Assembly: GCF_006345805.1 (NCBI RefSeq) | Contig: NC_042998.1 | Location: 119,784,001 to 119,848,000 of the forward strand | Reading direction: 5' to 3' | DNA from: Octopus sinensis | Taxonomy: Eukaryota | DNA length: 64,000 bases | Notes under the pieces: model-generated | Databases searched by the model: none | The model's input: the letters and a program-made list of their open reading frames with translations, nothing else | What the model was told of the DNA's origin: nothing | Translations under genes and position numbers: made by a program | Shown here: positions 63,556 through 64,000 of the stretch, piece after piece | Layout of the letters: each line of letters begins with the position of its first letter | How positions within the stretch are numbered: position 1 is the stretch's first letter

Positions 63556-63973
63556 TGTAGTGATGCTACTGTGTAAGGTTCAGCGCGCATGCGCAGAATG
63601 GGACTACTTCCGGGTGGCCACCGGAAGTCTTCCCCATGCGCATGTGCGGGAAACCGACCCCTAAGGAACAGTAAACTCGATCACTCTCTCTGGCCATTTC
63701 AGCCCTCGTGAACAGATGTGCATTTGGTAGTCTCTGATAACTATACTGACTTAGCCGCGGACGACATCGAATCACTTCAACCAACCAACAAGAAGCTGTA
63801 CAACAGATTCAGCTGTCGTTTCCCCTCAGAAATACGTACACCATCACGAATAATAAACAACACTGCTGTCTTTCCCAGATAACCTGACTTCGTCTGTTAT
63901 ATCTAACTAAATTGAATGTGGCGGGATCGGATCGGATACCCCTTCAGTGATACCGATTCCAGATCCTGTTACA
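63556..63973 (+). repeat. 3' LTR (418 bp)
   Basis: Direct repeat of the 5' LTR plus an extra 34 bp at 63584-63617. Confidence 0.97.
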
Positions 63974-64000
63974 AGTGAAAGAGTCTATAGCCATCGAAGT

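Larger units (their letters stand above)
59110..63973 (+). mobile_element. Ty3/Gypsy LTR retrotransposon, full span but defective
   Basis: TG..CA LTRs, PBS, PPT and gag-PR-RT-RH-IN order; candidate 4-bp TSD AATG/AGTG with 1 mismatch. Confidence 0.97.

Overview
AT-rich, repeat-dense animal genomic DNA. The SINE families, the (ATG)n-tailed RTE and the microsatellite load look like a coleoid cephalopod, probably Octopus; that species call is inference. The main feature is a complete 7-exon host gene on the minus strand that the ORF track misses: an LRMDA (C10orf11/OCA7) orthologue. Its exons are 53832-53743, 25354-25254, 22747-22621, 20517-20378, 18124-17998, 13863-13800 and 11701-11622, giving 729 nt and 242 aa with consistent phases. 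Intron 3 is a textbook U12-type (minor spliceosome) intron. The rest is transposable elements: a young RTE LINE with a PHD finger inside its RT domain plus about a dozen 3'-end copies, an R4/Dong-like LINE sitting in a (TAA)n tract, CR1 fragments, three tRNA-SINE families, Tc1, mariner, maT, Tigger and hAT relics, piggyBac- and Kolobok-like MITEs, Helitrons, a nested foldback element, a Penelope-like end with a hammerhead-like core, and a full-length but decayed Ty3/Gypsy provirus (59110-63973). No prokaryotic systems or CRISPR arrays are present. All alignments and counts were done by eye, so TE boundaries other than those with stated TIR, TSD or LTR ends are approximate. I found no system I can call undescribed with certainty; the best candidates are ranked in findings.
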